The translations under genes were made by a program, and so were the position numbers. A stretch of DNA of 64,000 nucleotides from Staphylococcus phage Fi4S2. The first letter of the stretch is position 1; the number at the start of each line of letters is the position of its first letter. This document shows positions 27,229-37,954 of the stretch, piece by piece. The notes below the pieces were generated by a model. It searched no databases and had not been told where the DNA came from. It saw only the letters and a list, made by a program, of their open reading frames with translations. The stretch lies in sequence record PV037056.1; one strand, given 5' to 3'.

Positions 27229-28131
27229 TTATTTAGCTTCTTTCTTCTTCTTGTCATTAAATGAGGCAATGACACCATTATATTTAGTTACTAGTAGATT
27301 ATAAGTGTATCTAGATACAGGCTCTGAAGTTTCTTTTAGTGCCATGTCACTGTCTACTTCTTTATTGTACTTTCTAATCATTTTGTTATACGTCCCTGCT
27401 TTAGTTTTTACCGTACTACCAACAGGTCTATATTTGTCTATAGTTTCCCTATCAAGTCTAGGAGTATGGCTACCATCTTCACTACTCAATGTGTTCCCTT
27501 TCTTTACTTCTTCTCCTACAGAGTATGCTAATTTTTCAGTATCACCTTCATACTCATAGGTTAAATCCAATACTTTATTCTGCTCTCGAACATTTAAAGC
27601 TTTTTTCTTTGTGTCATCAGATAAGTTAACAAAACTGCTATACTGATTCCCTAGTAAAGAATATGTAACTACTAGCTGATTCATTACGTGCTTCACAAAA
27701 GTATCCTTTGTTATATTTGGAGCCGATGCAATAGCACTAAGATTCTTGGCTGTTAACTCATAAATCTCTCCTGTGTTGACTAATATACGATAGAGGGTTT
27801 GACTATCTTTATCCAACGCTTTATAGTCTATAGAATCCTTATAAGTTTCTGTAGCATTATGTATTTCTTTCTCAGCTTTAGCTAACCTTTTACCATACTC
27901 ATGTATTTGGTCTGTATCATCTACGACACTCTCTAAATCTTCTACCTTAGACTCATTTATAGCATGGTTAAGTGTATTGATATAGTTAGTATCTTGTTGA
28001 GAGAAGTTCTGTTGTGTATGACCTGTAAAAGAGTCTATACCTCTTTTTACACTACTATCTTCCCAGCTACAAGAAGCTAATAGCGGGGTGCACAAAACTA
28101 CAACCCCTAACAACTTTAATAGTTTACGCAT
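27229..28131 (-). CDS. putative lipoprotein (300 aa)
   Basis: Signal peptide with lipobox: MRKLLKLLGVVVLCTPLLAS-C. Confidence 0.6.
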   Translation of the reverse strand: MRKLLKLLGVVVLCTPLLASCSWEDSSVKRGIDSFTGHTQQNFSQQDTNYINTLNHAINESKVEDLESVVDDTDQIHEYGKRLAKAEKEIHNATETYKDSIDYKALDKDSQTLYRILVNTGEIYELTAKNLSAIASAPNITKDTFVKHVMNQLVVTYSLLGNQYSSFVNLSDDTKKKALNVREQNKVLDLTYEYEGDTEKLAYSVGEEVKKGNTLSSEDGSHTPRLDRETIDKYRPVGSTVKTKAGTYNKMIRKYNKEVDSDMALKETSEPVSRYTYNLLVTKYNGVIASFNDKKKKEAK

Positions 28132-28188
28132 GAAAACACCTACACTTTCTTTAGTTTATCACTAATATAGTAAGTGTAGGTTAGTTTG

Positions 28189-28680
28189 TTACTTATATTG
28201 TTTTGGTAGTATTCTTAAACTACTGTCATAGATTGAAATGTCTAGCTCAGCGTGATTGTCATCATGTTGATTATAAAATGCTGTAACAATCTTACCAAGT
28301 TGTACATCAACTACTAAAAGTAGTCTACATAAATGACCTTGGTGTGTAATCAACTCAGGATACTCTACTAATAAAGTTTTATAAGAAGGTACTCCTTGAT
28401 AGAACTTTGTTGAGTACTCAATGATATAGTCTTTGAAGAAGTTTGCATCTCCTATTGAATTATACAACTTAGGCATGTCAATAAATTGACCAATCTTCTC
28501 CTTAGCATGTGCAGAAAACACAAAGCTTTCTCTAACAATAAGTGAGCCTTGTAATAATCTTGCACAATGTACCTTCTCTTCCGTAGTCATTTGTGTATAG
28601 TGTTTTCTGTCTGTCGCTGTTACTTGGTCTGTTCTCTTCTCTGAATAAAATAACTTGTCGTCATATCGCTTATTTTCCAT
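28189..28680 (-). CDS. hypothetical protein (163 aa)
   Basis: ORF in the array. Confidence 0.4.
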   Translation of the reverse strand: MENKRYDDKLFYSEKRTDQVTATDRKHYTQMTTEEKVHCARLLQGSLIVRESFVFSAHAKEKIGQFIDMPKLYNSIGDANFFKDYIIEYSTKFYQGVPSYKTLLVEYPELITHQGHLCRLLLVVDVQLGKIVTAFYNQHDDNHAELDISIYDSSLRILPKQYK

Positions 28681-28771
28681 AATTGGTTTCCTCTTTTCTT
28701 TAGTATACTAATAATATATCATAAAGTCTTAACCTCGTCAAGCAAAAATTAAGACTTTATGTAATTTTTTT

Positions 28772-29551
28772 TTATTTTCTGTAAGCTACAGCTAAGGGTT
28801 CATATTTTCCTTCTAACATCATATTGATTAAATCTTCTTTTACAATGTAAATAACTCTGACATTATGAATGATACTATTTTTAACACCAGCTTGATTTAA
28901 CTTAGTTCCTACTGTTAACTTAACTAAACCTCCACCTGAATAACTAGCATTGACAACACGTAAGTTGTCATATGTTAAAGTCTTGATAAGATTCAGGTAC
29001 TCTGTTTCAATAGAAGCTTCAAGTAGTTGCTGTGGTGTCTCTACGCTTCCTTTCAAGCTTACAAGGTTGTTTATACCCTTACTTTCCTTTGTAACTAAGG
29101 CTAGTCTAGTTGAATAAGCCTCATCTAAATGTACTTTAAGTGTTAATCCATTTACGCTAATACTTGATTCTGCTATTTCCTTAGTAATAGGTCTAACTCT
29201 GATTAACTCAGAATAGACTAAAGATGTGAACGTCTCAATGAGGTTATCTTTATCCTCTACCAGTTCATCTATAACTACGCTTCTTCTGAAGAACAGCCAT
29301 GGAATAGTTTTTGCCTCTACAATAAAGTCTGTAGCCTTTTGTATTCTTTCAGCAAAACCCTCAGCTAACTCATGTAGCTTTTCATCATCTTTCATTATAT
29401 AGCTTTCAAGTGTGGTAGCTATTTCTCTATTAGTAACTTGGATACTTACGTTCTTTCCTATAAGAACCAAGGGTATGATTGCAGATACTTCATATTCTTT
29501 TTGGTCTCTAATCTCTTCTATAACTCTCTTTGCTTTACGTAGTTTAAACAT
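28772..29551 (-). CDS. hypothetical protein (259 aa)
   Basis: ORF in the array. Confidence 0.4.
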   Translation of the reverse strand: MFKLRKAKRVIEEIRDQKEYEVSAIIPLVLIGKNVSIQVTNREIATTLESYIMKDDEKLHELAEGFAERIQKATDFIVEAKTIPWLFFRRSVVIDELVEDKDNLIETFTSLVYSELIRVRPITKEIAESSISVNGLTLKVHLDEAYSTRLALVTKESKGINNLVSLKGSVETPQQLLEASIETEYLNLIKTLTYDNLRVVNASYSGGGLVKLTVGTKLNQAGVKNSIIHNVRVIYIVKEDLINMMLEGKYEPLAVAYRK

Positions 29552-29620
29552 TAAAAATTCCTCCTTATTTAATTACTATCTAAAGTATACAGCATGGAGG
29601 AATTAGTGTCAAGCATTATT

Positions 29621-30493
29621 TTAAATTTTTAATTTAGGGTTGAAGGAGAATAACATAAAGGCTTTCTTGGCCTCTGATACTCTGTATCTTGGATGAGACT
29701 TATCCCTTAGGATATAATACTGTTGCTTACGGAACAACGCTGTATTAGATTTGTAGAGGTACTCGTGCTTAACTAAATACTTTGTTATGTCTCTAACCTC
29801 TGAAACTGACATTGAAGTATCCTTAGCCATGTCTTCAAAAGAGGGTGTGTAAGTTCTTTTTGACTCATCTAAAATAAATCCTTTTTCTTGAGATAATCTT
29901 TGATGCTCCAACATAATAATTACATACTCTAAATCAGGTAAATCTGCAAATTTACTAATTTGATTATCTGTAATAAAACTGGTAGCTATACTATCAATCA
30001 GTTTATTTACAACATCTGATTGTTTTGTAGTCTCTAGTCTACCTCCTATTCTACAACGTGGACACTTAGCACTCTCATTGTTGTCATAAGTAATACAGAT
30101 ACTATTACATTCTTTATTAGAACAATTCATAAAAGAATGTGAGACTTGTAGTAATTGCATATTCCTTGTTATCTCTTTCAGTATAGGTTCATAGTATTCA
30201 GTACTTAGATAGCTTACAAGCCTATTAGTACCTAAAAGATGATGTGCAAGTCCTGAAGCTTGAAAGACAATATAGCCTTCATCAATAATGTCTTTTAGCT
30301 CTGCAAGAACTTCATTACTGTCATTATAGCTCAAAGCTAAAGCAACTTTTTTATCAGAGTCTAAAGCTTCTGTATTATCTAAGTATAATAGGCTGAGCTC
30401 ATTTGTAGATAAGCTTTCATCTACGGTAAAGGGTATTTCCATAAGTGTTAAAAAGTGTCTCCATGATGTTAGTAGGCTATCCATCATTTTCAT
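29621..30493 (-). CDS. hypothetical protein (290 aa) with a C-x3-C...C-x2-C zinc-ribbon-like cluster
   Basis: CSNKECNSICITYDNNESAKCPRCRIGG. Confidence 0.4.
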   Translation of the reverse strand: MKMMDSLLTSWRHFLTLMEIPFTVDESLSTNELSLLYLDNTEALDSDKKVALALSYNDSNEVLAELKDIIDEGYIVFQASGLAHHLLGTNRLVSYLSTEYYEPILKEITRNMQLLQVSHSFMNCSNKECNSICITYDNNESAKCPRCRIGGRLETTKQSDVVNKLIDSIATSFITDNQISKFADLPDLEYVIIMLEHQRLSQEKGFILDESKRTYTPSFEDMAKDTSMSVSEVRDITKYLVKHEYLYKSNTALFRKQQYYILRDKSHPRYRVSEAKKAFMLFSFNPKLKI

Positions 30494-30950
30494 CCCCTAT
30501 TCTTGCCCTATCTATAGAAAGTTTATCTAAAGTATCATCTATACCATTCATGATATAGCCAGGGTCATCTAAGTTATCTAAGAAGTGTTTAGCTTCCATT
30601 TCAAATTCATTGTAAAGTGTTCTAGTCATGTTGTTTGTTAATATAAGTGATAGTATATAAGACACACCTTCTTCATCATTACTGATATATTCAGGTAAGC
30701 TAAATGTTACAAGACCTGATGTGATAGGATGTAGTACTCCTTCCTTGTCAACTAATAAGTAGGTTAATCTCGTGCGATAAGTATTTAACAAATCTTCTTC
30801 CTCAATAAGTTCGATGAAAGGTATATGGATAGCTAAATTATAATCCTCATTCTTGTGAGTGATATAATAATTTGTAAATAAACCTCCCATACGATTTAAT
30901 ACCTTACTCATAGTAACTACTAATTCTTTAGTTCTAATAAATGATTCCAT
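30477..30950 (-). CDS. hypothetical protein (157 aa)
   Basis: ORF overlapping its neighbour by 17 nt. Confidence 0.4.
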   Translation of the reverse strand: MESFIRTKELVVTMSKVLNRMGGLFTNYYITHKNEDYNLAIHIPFIELIEEEDLLNTYRTRLTYLLVDKEGVLHPITSGLVTFSLPEYISNDEEGVSYILSLILTNNMTRTLYNEFEMEAKHFLDNLDDPGYIMNGIDDTLDKLSIDRARIGDENDG

Positions 30951-30968
30951 GTATTACGCCTCCCAATT

Positions 30969-31382
30969 TTATAGCTCTAGTTTACCTTTAATAACTTGTT
31001 TTATCTTATCGTAAAGCAATGATTCTACATGATACTTTACAATATTACTGTCATTTAATTCAAACTTATGTTGTAACCACTCTTTTGACCTTTCATTGGT
31101 GGGAGTACCATAATAATGATAGGTATTCATTGATGACAAATCAAATTTCAACATAGCTTTAATGTCTGAGGTAAACTGTTTAATAACATCCTCTTCTTGG
31201 TTTAAATCCTTGCTTAATCTACTAATTAATGGTTTGGTGTCTGCATTCACGATACATGTTAATGTTTTGGTACGCTCATTTTCTTCTTGTTCTCTATCCC
31301 AATATACTTCTACTAACGTTGTTTCTTGAGCATAAGGGAATATAGTACCTGAAAAGAAGTCACTCTGTATAATTAGTTTCAT
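30969..31382 (-). CDS. hypothetical protein (137 aa)
   Basis: ORF in the array. Confidence 0.4.
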   Translation of the reverse strand: MKLIIQSDFFSGTIFPYAQETTLVEVYWDREQEENERTKTLTCIVNADTKPLISRLSKDLNQEEDVIKQFTSDIKAMLKFDLSSMNTYHYYGTPTNERSKEWLQHKFELNDSNIVKYHVESLLYDKIKQVIKGKLEL

Positions 31383-31415
31383 GTAAATTACCCTCCTTAA
31401 TAAAGTAGAGGTAAT

Positions 31416-31838
31416 CTAATGATTACCTCTTTCACCTTCTACCCTACTGAAGCTATACTTAAAATCGTAGGAGCCTCCTGCACTGTCTTCAGTTGTCCGT
31501 GTTAACTTGTATGTACTACCTACTCTAAAGTCTGAGCCTTTAAAATAAGTCGTATCTACACTATTATCACTAACTCTACCATAGACATAATCAGGTATAT
31601 CCTCCTCGAAAGTAGCAATACCTCCACTTAGCTTTGTTAAGTGAACAGTTCTTATAACCGTAACACCATCATCACTTGTACTAGTAACTTCTGTTCCTGC
31701 ATCATCAGAGGTGTGGCTATCAGGTTGCTTTGCAAAAACAAAAAGCCCAATTGCTAAGGTAATAAGTACTAAAGATATAGGTAGAATGTGATTAAAGATA
31801 TTGCTTTTCTTCTTTAGTCTTTGAGCCATTTCTCTCAC
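31416..31838 (-). CDS. secreted/membrane-anchored protein (140 aa)
   Basis: N-terminal TM ILPISLVLITLAIGLFVFA. Confidence 0.4.
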   Translation of the reverse strand: MREMAQRLKKKSNIFNHILPISLVLITLAIGLFVFAKQPDSHTSDDAGTEVTSTSDDGVTVIRTVHLTKLSGGIATFEEDIPDYVYGRVSDNSVDTTYFKGSDFRVGSTYKLTRTTEDSAGGSYDFKYSFSRVEGERGNH

Positions 31839-31872
31839 CTCAGAGACTAATATAGGAAGACCGTTGAAGTGC

Positions 31873-32619
31873 TTAACTTAAAGCACTACCAACGATTTGT
31901 CCTGTTAAGGGTAGGTAAAATACATAGTCATCATCTACAGAGTTTAAATAGGAAGTTTTATCCTCTAACTCTTTATGAATCTGTTCTTTATTACTGGAGT
32001 GGTAAGAGGTAAGTAACTTATCAATCTGACTTTCTAATACTTTCTTATCTAATAACTTTAAGTCTGTAGTATATAAGGTAGTCATTAATACAGACTCATC
32101 TGTTGGTGCTATTGTTTGATATAGTTCTGCATCCATCTCAGATATAGGTTTTAATTTACCACCTTGGATTAACTCTTTTAATAGAGAAACCCATATGTCA
32201 TTATTTGTTACTACTTCATCTATAAAGAATAGAGGGTATACAAGTCTATAGAGCTTTTTCAAGCTAGGTTTAGTTGCTTGTGGCATTTGAATACCATTGT
32301 CTATAGCTAAGCCATCATTCAAACCGATGATAGTGATTCCTGATTCTACGTCAGGAGCAATAACAACATCTTCAATTGTACCGTCTTGAGTAGTAAAAGT
32401 TTCAATACCACTAAGGCAAGAATCTAGTACCTCATCAGAGCTGAATAAGTTGCTTTCCAATTCATCTAATGAGTATAGACCCTCATCTAGGTCTTCTACT
32501 TCTTCCTCTACTAAGTCTGCATTTAGCTTAGGGTTACTTTCTATTGGTTTATTAATATTCTTCTTTCCATTGCGCAGGTTATTAATGATGTCGTTATAAC
32601 TTTCATACTCTTGACTCAT
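31873..32619 (-). CDS. hypothetical acidic protein (248 aa)
   Basis: ORF in the array. Confidence 0.4.
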   Translation of the reverse strand: MSQEYESYNDIINNLRNGKKNINKPIESNPKLNADLVEEEVEDLDEGLYSLDELESNLFSSDEVLDSCLSGIETFTTQDGTIEDVVIAPDVESGITIIGLNDGLAIDNGIQMPQATKPSLKKLYRLVYPLFFIDEVVTNNDIWVSLLKELIQGGKLKPISEMDAELYQTIAPTDESVLMTTLYTTDLKLLDKKVLESQIDKLLTSYHSSNKEQIHKELEDKTSYLNSVDDDYVFYLPLTGQIVGSALS

Positions 32620-32630
32620 ATAAGTTCCTC

Positions 32631-33086
32631 CTAGTTTGTTTTTCTAGAACCACCATTTGCATTATTAGCGCTACTAGTTCTTACAATATTACGCTTACGG
32701 TCTACGTTTAAGCTATCTAAGATGTAGTAAACTTGATTACGTTTTAATTTGTGTGTCCACATTACAAACTCTAAAGAAGAGTTTTCATAGTCCTTTAGAA
32801 ACTGCTTTAATCTATTTTCATCATTCAAGATGTATTTTACTTTTTCATAAGTTCTACTTTCTCTTCTCTGAGGTACATTATTCTTTCTAAGAATCGTATA
32901 CAACTGACCAGCAGATATGCTAAAGTCTTCTGCAATCGTCTTAAAAGGAGTCCCTTTAATATAAGAGTTACAAATGTCAACTTCCTTGCCTTTACTCTTA
33001 TTAGTTTTTTGATGCTTATCTTTTACTGATACCTTTTTCTCATCACTAATCTTTTCTAAATGTTTTTTATTTACTTCAATGTCCAT
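32631..33086 (-). CDS. putative HTH DNA-binding protein (151 aa)
   Basis: Basic protein with a helix-turn-helix-like segment: TIAEDFSISAGQLYTILRKNNV. Confidence 0.35.
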   Translation of the reverse strand: MDIEVNKKHLEKISDEKKVSVKDKHQKTNKSKGKEVDICNSYIKGTPFKTIAEDFSISAGQLYTILRKNNVPQRRESRTYEKVKYILNDENRLKQFLKDYENSSLEFVMWTHKLKRNQVYYILDSLNVDRKRNIVRTSSANNANGGSRKTN

Positions 33087-33097
33087 AACTATTCCTC

Positions 33098-33589
33098 CTA
33101 TTTTTGAAGTTTTACTTCTTCTGATTGGTAGAGATACTCATCTCCTGATAATTCAAACAGATAGTCTGATTCATTAACTAAATGTTGGTATATTGCTGTA
33201 ACCAGTGCTACATCAGTCTCTCCTGTATCAGCTCTGTTATAAATTACCTTATCTCCAACTCTTATGTCAGTATAATACTTAATAAATGTTTTGTCAAGGA
33301 AAACATCAAACTTTTTCAAAGTATTTAATGTAATGTCTGATACTGTCCAGTATTTTTGGAAGAATGTATCGACATCATCTTTATAAGATTCTAAAGAAGT
33401 CATAGTATATTGATGGTCATCATCACTTATTCTAACTAAAACATCTTTTTTTGAACGTTCAGCACCAATAATCCTGATTGTCTCACCTTTGGTATATAGC
33501 GTATCTATAATCTCTACCATAGATGTTAATTTCTTAGGTGTAATCAGTTCTTTATAATCATCTTCAATTTGTTCTTTAGTAAATGGCAT
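33098..33589 (-). CDS. hypothetical protein (163 aa)
   Basis: ORF in the array. Confidence 0.4.
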   Translation of the reverse strand: MPFTKEQIEDDYKELITPKKLTSMVEIIDTLYTKGETIRIIGAERSKKDVLVRISDDDHQYTMTSLESYKDDVDTFFQKYWTVSDITLNTLKKFDVFLDKTFIKYYTDIRVGDKVIYNRADTGETDVALVTAIYQHLVNESDYLFELSGDEYLYQSEEVKLQK

Positions 33590-33600
33590 ATTTAGTCCCC

Positions 33601-34518
33601 CTATAGTCTTATGTCTGTATTCTCTACAGCTTTCATTAATCTCTTACCTTCATCAGTTAAGTCCATATTTCTATAGAACTCTTCTTCTTTTTCTTTCATT
33701 GCATCTAATATTACTTCATGTAACTCTTCAGGTACGTGTTCCATCATAGCTTCAATCATAGCTGATTCTTTAGCTACTTGTTTTAGCTGTATTTCTTTCA
33801 TAGCATTTAAGGTTAATCCTTGAAGTTTGTTTCCTGTTAATTTAGCACGCAGTTCAATAGCTTTCATCATAATAGGTGCATCTACATAATCCACAGTTTG
33901 AATGGTTCTAAATCCTTTGTCTATCACAGCCTCTAAGACTTCTATGTCACTCACTGTTTTTTCAAACTTATCAAAAGAACCATCATAATGGCTTAACATG
34001 TCCCCTACCTTGCTAGAGTCTGCTTCTCTATCTAAAATACTAACTATTTTACTAGAAGGCTTTCTACCATCTATAAGCTCACCTAAATCCATACCTGTTT
34101 CCAATGATTCTTGTCGTTTCTGTTTGTATCTAGTTATAGAAGCTTTAGATAGCTCTAAGTCATAACGCTCACATAAGCTAATAATATAACTGTAAGAACG
34201 ACCTTCATCCAAAGCATTATCAACTTTAGCTCTTAATGGTTTATTGTCATAAAGCTTTTGGATTAAGCTTTCTCTCCCTGCTTTCTTTTTAGGCTCTTCC
34301 TCTTCTTCCTCTTCTTCCTTTTCTTCTTCTGTACTTTGAGCTTCATCTAAACGCTCTTTATAATCTTCTAGGAATGAAGATAGGTCTTCTGTGATGTCTT
34401 CTGTTACATCTTCCCACCCATCTTTATTACTATCCTCATTTAATTCTTCCTCAACATCCTTCTTATTTGGTTCTTTATTCTCTTCTTGTCCTTTAATGCG
34501 TAGCTTTTTTCTTGACAT
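33601..34518 (-). CDS. hypothetical protein with poly-Glu tract (305 aa; start refined to M22 with GGAG SD)
   Basis: ORF; the EEKEEEEEEEE run is encoded by a (GAA/GAG) repeat at ~34290-34330. Confidence 0.4.
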   Translation of the reverse strand: MSRKKLRIKGQEENKEPNKKDVEEELNEDSNKDGWEDVTEDITEDLSSFLEDYKERLDEAQSTEEEKEEEEEEEEPKKKAGRESLIQKLYDNKPLRAKVDNALDEGRSYSYIISLCERYDLELSKASITRYKQKRQESLETGMDLGELIDGRKPSSKIVSILDREADSSKVGDMLSHYDGSFDKFEKTVSDIEVLEAVIDKGFRTIQTVDYVDAPIMMKAIELRAKLTGNKLQGLTLNAMKEIQLKQVAKESAMIEAMMEHVPEELHEVILDAMKEKEEEFYRNMDLTDEGKRLMKAVENTDIRL

Positions 34519-34852
34519 ACTATTGACTCCTCTTCTATTTTTAGTTGTTTTAATTGTAACAGTAAAACACAATAAAAACAATAGTTATTTAAACCCCTAT
34601 ATTATCGCATTTCATAGTATTTCATAATGATTAAAGGTGTTAACTATAAAAATTTGTTATATTTCATAAATCGGGGGTCTATAGTAGAAAACCCTACTGT
34701 TATGTATATAACATTTTTATTATGTAAAATGAAAAACCTATAGAAAAAAGTAATAGGTCTTACCGTTTCATCATAAATAATATAACAACTCTGAAACAAG
34801 ATTATAAAAGCATACTGATTAGTGTAGTATAACCAGTATGCAATGCTGGACT

Positions 34853-35764
34853 TTAACCAAAATACACTTCTATTTGCTCTCCATTTTGAAGATTTATGAC
34901 TAGTTTGTAGGCTCTAGTATACTTATCTACTTCTACAAAATCTGAGTTTTTAATAGCAGTGTGTTTAAACATTAAGTTAGATTCACCACTAAATATAGCT
35001 ACATAGGGTTCCTCATCTAAACTATCAATGTCAGCTACTCTAGCTACAATACCTAAGTCTGTCGTATCTAGCAATCTATGTTTAGCACCACTCTTACTTT
35101 CCATCATAACTCCGATAATACGTCTACCAAAGAAAGCACTGTCCTCAATTACTTTTAAAAACTTAATTGTTTCTAATCTCTTTAAGGTTTTTCCACTTAA
35201 AGAACCTAGTAACGTTTGACCATCATACTCTTTCTCCATCAAAGCTATATATAACGTAACATAAGTGTCTAAGTAAGTTACTGTAAACATGTATACTGTC
35301 AACTCTACGCCCTTAGTTACTTTGTAAGTTGTCTTTTTCATCTGTTTCTCACTATCAAATAGTAACAAAGCGTTACAGTCGTATGTCAATTCATCTGTAA
35401 TTTCTAAGGCTCTAGATACATCTTGAAAGCTTCCTATAGAACCTGCACTTCTTACTTCCTCTCCTGTCTCTGAATCCATAGGAGTATAGGTATCTTGTTT
35501 AGTCCATAGTATAGAACCTACACCACTGTCTATTAAGCTACCATTTAAGTCCCTAAGCATTCCTAACTGAGCTTTTGTAGGTGTTAATAGTACCTGTGTT
35601 GAGAAGGATTTACCATCTATAGCAGGCTCAAACAAAGCAGGCTCTGCTCTAATACCTATAGCACTATCCGAGTCTAATCTAACTCCTACTAGCTCTTTAC
35701 TATTTAAATCTTTATTTAATTGTGAAAATGTTGTATTGTGGTCTTTTGCTTTTAATCCTAACAC
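34853..35764 (-). CDS. hypothetical protein (303 aa)
   Basis: ORF in the array. Confidence 0.4.
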   Translation of the reverse strand: MLGLKAKDHNTTFSQLNKDLNSKELVGVRLDSDSAIGIRAEPALFEPAIDGKSFSTQVLLTPTKAQLGMLRDLNGSLIDSGVGSILWTKQDTYTPMDSETGEEVRSAGSIGSFQDVSRALEITDELTYDCNALLLFDSEKQMKKTTYKVTKGVELTVYMFTVTYLDTYVTLYIALMEKEYDGQTLLGSLSGKTLKRLETIKFLKVIEDSAFFGRRIIGVMMESKSGAKHRLLDTTDLGIVARVADIDSLDEEPYVAIFSGESNLMFKHTAIKNSDFVEVDKYTRAYKLVINLQNGEQIEVYFG

Positions 35765-35770
35765 TATCCA

Positions 35771-36178
35771 TCAACCTTTCTGTTTGAATGATATAATTAA
35801 TATGTCTTTTTTAAATGTATATTGCTGTCTTATACTTACCTTACCTATTACAACATTGCCATACTTTACATAATAACTCAATGTATCTGTTGTTAAAGTA
35901 CTATCTGAGGCATACTGTTTGAGGTGTAAGTACTTACGATTAATTGTACTATAATTAGCTACAATGTCAAGAGCATATTTTTCTTTTAATTCCATTTGAG
36001 CATCTGTTAGCTTATCGAACATCTTGGTGCACACTAGCGTATACTTACCTTTTTCTCTTGTTTTAGGGTGTGCCATTGTTCTGTTAGAGCCTACACCACT
36101 GTTTTTATACCTAGCTAAAACACGTTTAGTTGAATAGTGAGAGGACTTGCCTTTATTCATATTTTTATAGTTCATCAT
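35771..36178 (-). CDS. hypothetical basic protein (135 aa)
   Basis: ORF in the array. Confidence 0.4.
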   Translation of the reverse strand: MMNYKNMNKGKSSHYSTKRVLARYKNSGVGSNRTMAHPKTREKGKYTLVCTKMFDKLTDAQMELKEKYALDIVANYSTINRKYLHLKQYASDSTLTTDTLSYYVKYGNVVIGKVSIRQQYTFKKDILIISFKQKG

Positions 36179-36989
36179 TGAAATCTCCTCTGTACTTCAA
36201 TTCAGCAGGTTTACGGTATTGGAAAGGATGTTTAGAAACCTGTTTCTCAGAGTCCTTGATACCTAATACCATTGCCTTACCAAATAATGCTTTTAGTTGT
36301 TTATCATTTCTTACACCAATCATGTCTTGAATGATGGCAGGTTTTCTTAATGAGTTATTTAACATACCACGTGCTTCATGTCTTAGTTTGTCATGAGGCA
36401 TAACTTTATCTTTAGATGATGAGTTGTTTTTAAATCTATCTTTACCATGCATACGTATCAATTCAGCTTTCCATAGTACATCTAGCATGTGATAGTTAGA
36501 ATGTATTGGAGAGGGCATAGCTTGTTTGTACTTACCAAATATAGGCTCTCCCTCAAAAGATATATAGCTGATAATACCTACATGATTATGTTTGTATCTT
36601 TTTATTACTTGCTCTACCTTATCAATAAAGTCATCATGACAAACTACGTATACATACTCACAAACTAAGCTATACATACGTAGTTGTTTATTAAGTCGAG
36701 TGGTAGAGTCTCTTTCTGTCTTAATCTCTAGACCTATAGAAGTTCCTTCAGTGTCTATCATTAAACAATCCATGATACATTTACCTCTCATAATTGCTTT
36801 CTCAAAGATTGCAACCCTAAGGTCATCATCCTTAACTAACCCTTCTTCTCTCTCAAACATGTGAGATAAATAGAGTAAGCCATCTTTTATGTCCTGTTCA
36901 TAGTAACGTTCTTCTTTAGCTTTCTTGACTTCTTTTTCATTATCTACAAACTCACTTCTATACTTATCTTTTTTTACTCTCATAACCAC
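36165..36989 (-). CDS. putative PD-(D/E)xK-family nuclease (274 aa)
   Basis: MIDTEGTSIGLEIKTERD provides a D-x(n)-E-x-K arrangement typical of the restriction-endonuclease-like fold. Weak, motif-level call only. Confidence 0.35.
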   Translation of the reverse strand: MVMRVKKDKYRSEFVDNEKEVKKAKEERYYEQDIKDGLLYLSHMFEREEGLVKDDDLRVAIFEKAIMRGKCIMDCLMIDTEGTSIGLEIKTERDSTTRLNKQLRMYSLVCEYVYVVCHDDFIDKVEQVIKRYKHNHVGIISYISFEGEPIFGKYKQAMPSPIHSNYHMLDVLWKAELIRMHGKDRFKNNSSSKDKVMPHDKLRHEARGMLNNSLRKPAIIQDMIGVRNDKQLKALFGKAMVLGIKDSEKQVSKHPFQYRKPAELKYRGDFNDEL

Positions 36990-37498
36990 ATGTCACTACC
37001 TTTTTTAGCTAACTCATCTTTTAGTATAGCTGTAGGTGTAATGTAAGTTTTGACCCATTCAATAGACTCTAAGGAGATAAATACCATTGTTATCTTCTCT
37101 TCTATCATTTCTTTTTTTGCATAATCCCATGTACTTGGTTCTCTCTCAAAGAACCCTAGACCTTCTTTACCTGTAACTGTATCTATACCAGGTACAATAG
37201 GTGCTATAAAGAGTGGTGGGTTAGTTCTTCTTATTTTCTTACCAGTTGTTCTAGGTAATACTTTCTTCAGGGCATCACTTAAAGCTGTACCCCCTACAAT
37301 ACCAGTAGTTTGTTGTTCTATTGTAAAATCTTTGATAGGTTCTTTACCATCTTCAACATCTGCAACACCATAAACAATAACAATACCTTTGTCATCTTCA
37401 GGTATCTCTACAATATAAAAAGGCTTTCCTTTAAAGTAAAGGATACCTCGTTGCATGAGTGTAGCAGGTGACTTGCTATTCTTAATATTAATTTTCAT
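36980..37498 (-). CDS. hypothetical protein (172 aa)
   Basis: ORF in the array. Confidence 0.4.
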   Translation of the reverse strand: MKINIKNSKSPATLMQRGILYFKGKPFYIVEIPEDDKGIVIVYGVADVEDGKEPIKDFTIEQQTTGIVGGTALSDALKKVLPRTTGKKIRRTNPPLFIAPIVPGIDTVTGKEGLGFFEREPSTWDYAKKEMIEEKITMVFISLESIEWVKTYITPTAILKDELAKKGSDMWL

Positions 37499-37573
37499 AC
37501 ACTATCTTCCTTCCTTTAGTATTATTAATAGTATACCATACATATTAATATAAGTAAACAAAAAACCAAGAAA

Positions 37574-37954
37574 TTAATCTTGGCTTTGACTTTGTTTTTT
37601 CATATAGTTTGCTTGTGCGATAGACATGATTAGGATATATACAATTCTAAATAAGGAGCCTATAAGCATAATAAATACTATTTTTAATAGTACAAATATT
37701 AAGCTATTCATAACTAAGGCAGGAGGTATCACTACTAGTATAAAGTATCCGACAACTAGACCTACCATACATAACCCTTCTCTTAGTAAAGTATTGACAA
37801 AGTGGTAGGCTGTTAAACCATTACCACCTTGCTCTTTTAACATCCTGCTGTTAGATATGTCAGCAAAGATGGATGACATCATGAAGGTAACACGCTGTAG
37901 TAATAATGTTATTAAGATAACTAGTTCTACCAATACCATATTAAGCATCTCCAT
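37574..37954 (-). CDS. integral membrane protein (126 aa, 3-4 TM)
   Basis: Hydrophobic throughout. Confidence 0.45.
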   Translation of the reverse strand: MEMLNMVLVELVILITLLLQRVTFMMSSIFADISNSRMLKEQGGNGLTAYHFVNTLLREGLCMVGLVVGYFILVVIPPALVMNSLIFVLLKIVFIMLIGSLFRIVYILIMSIAQANYMKKQSQSQD

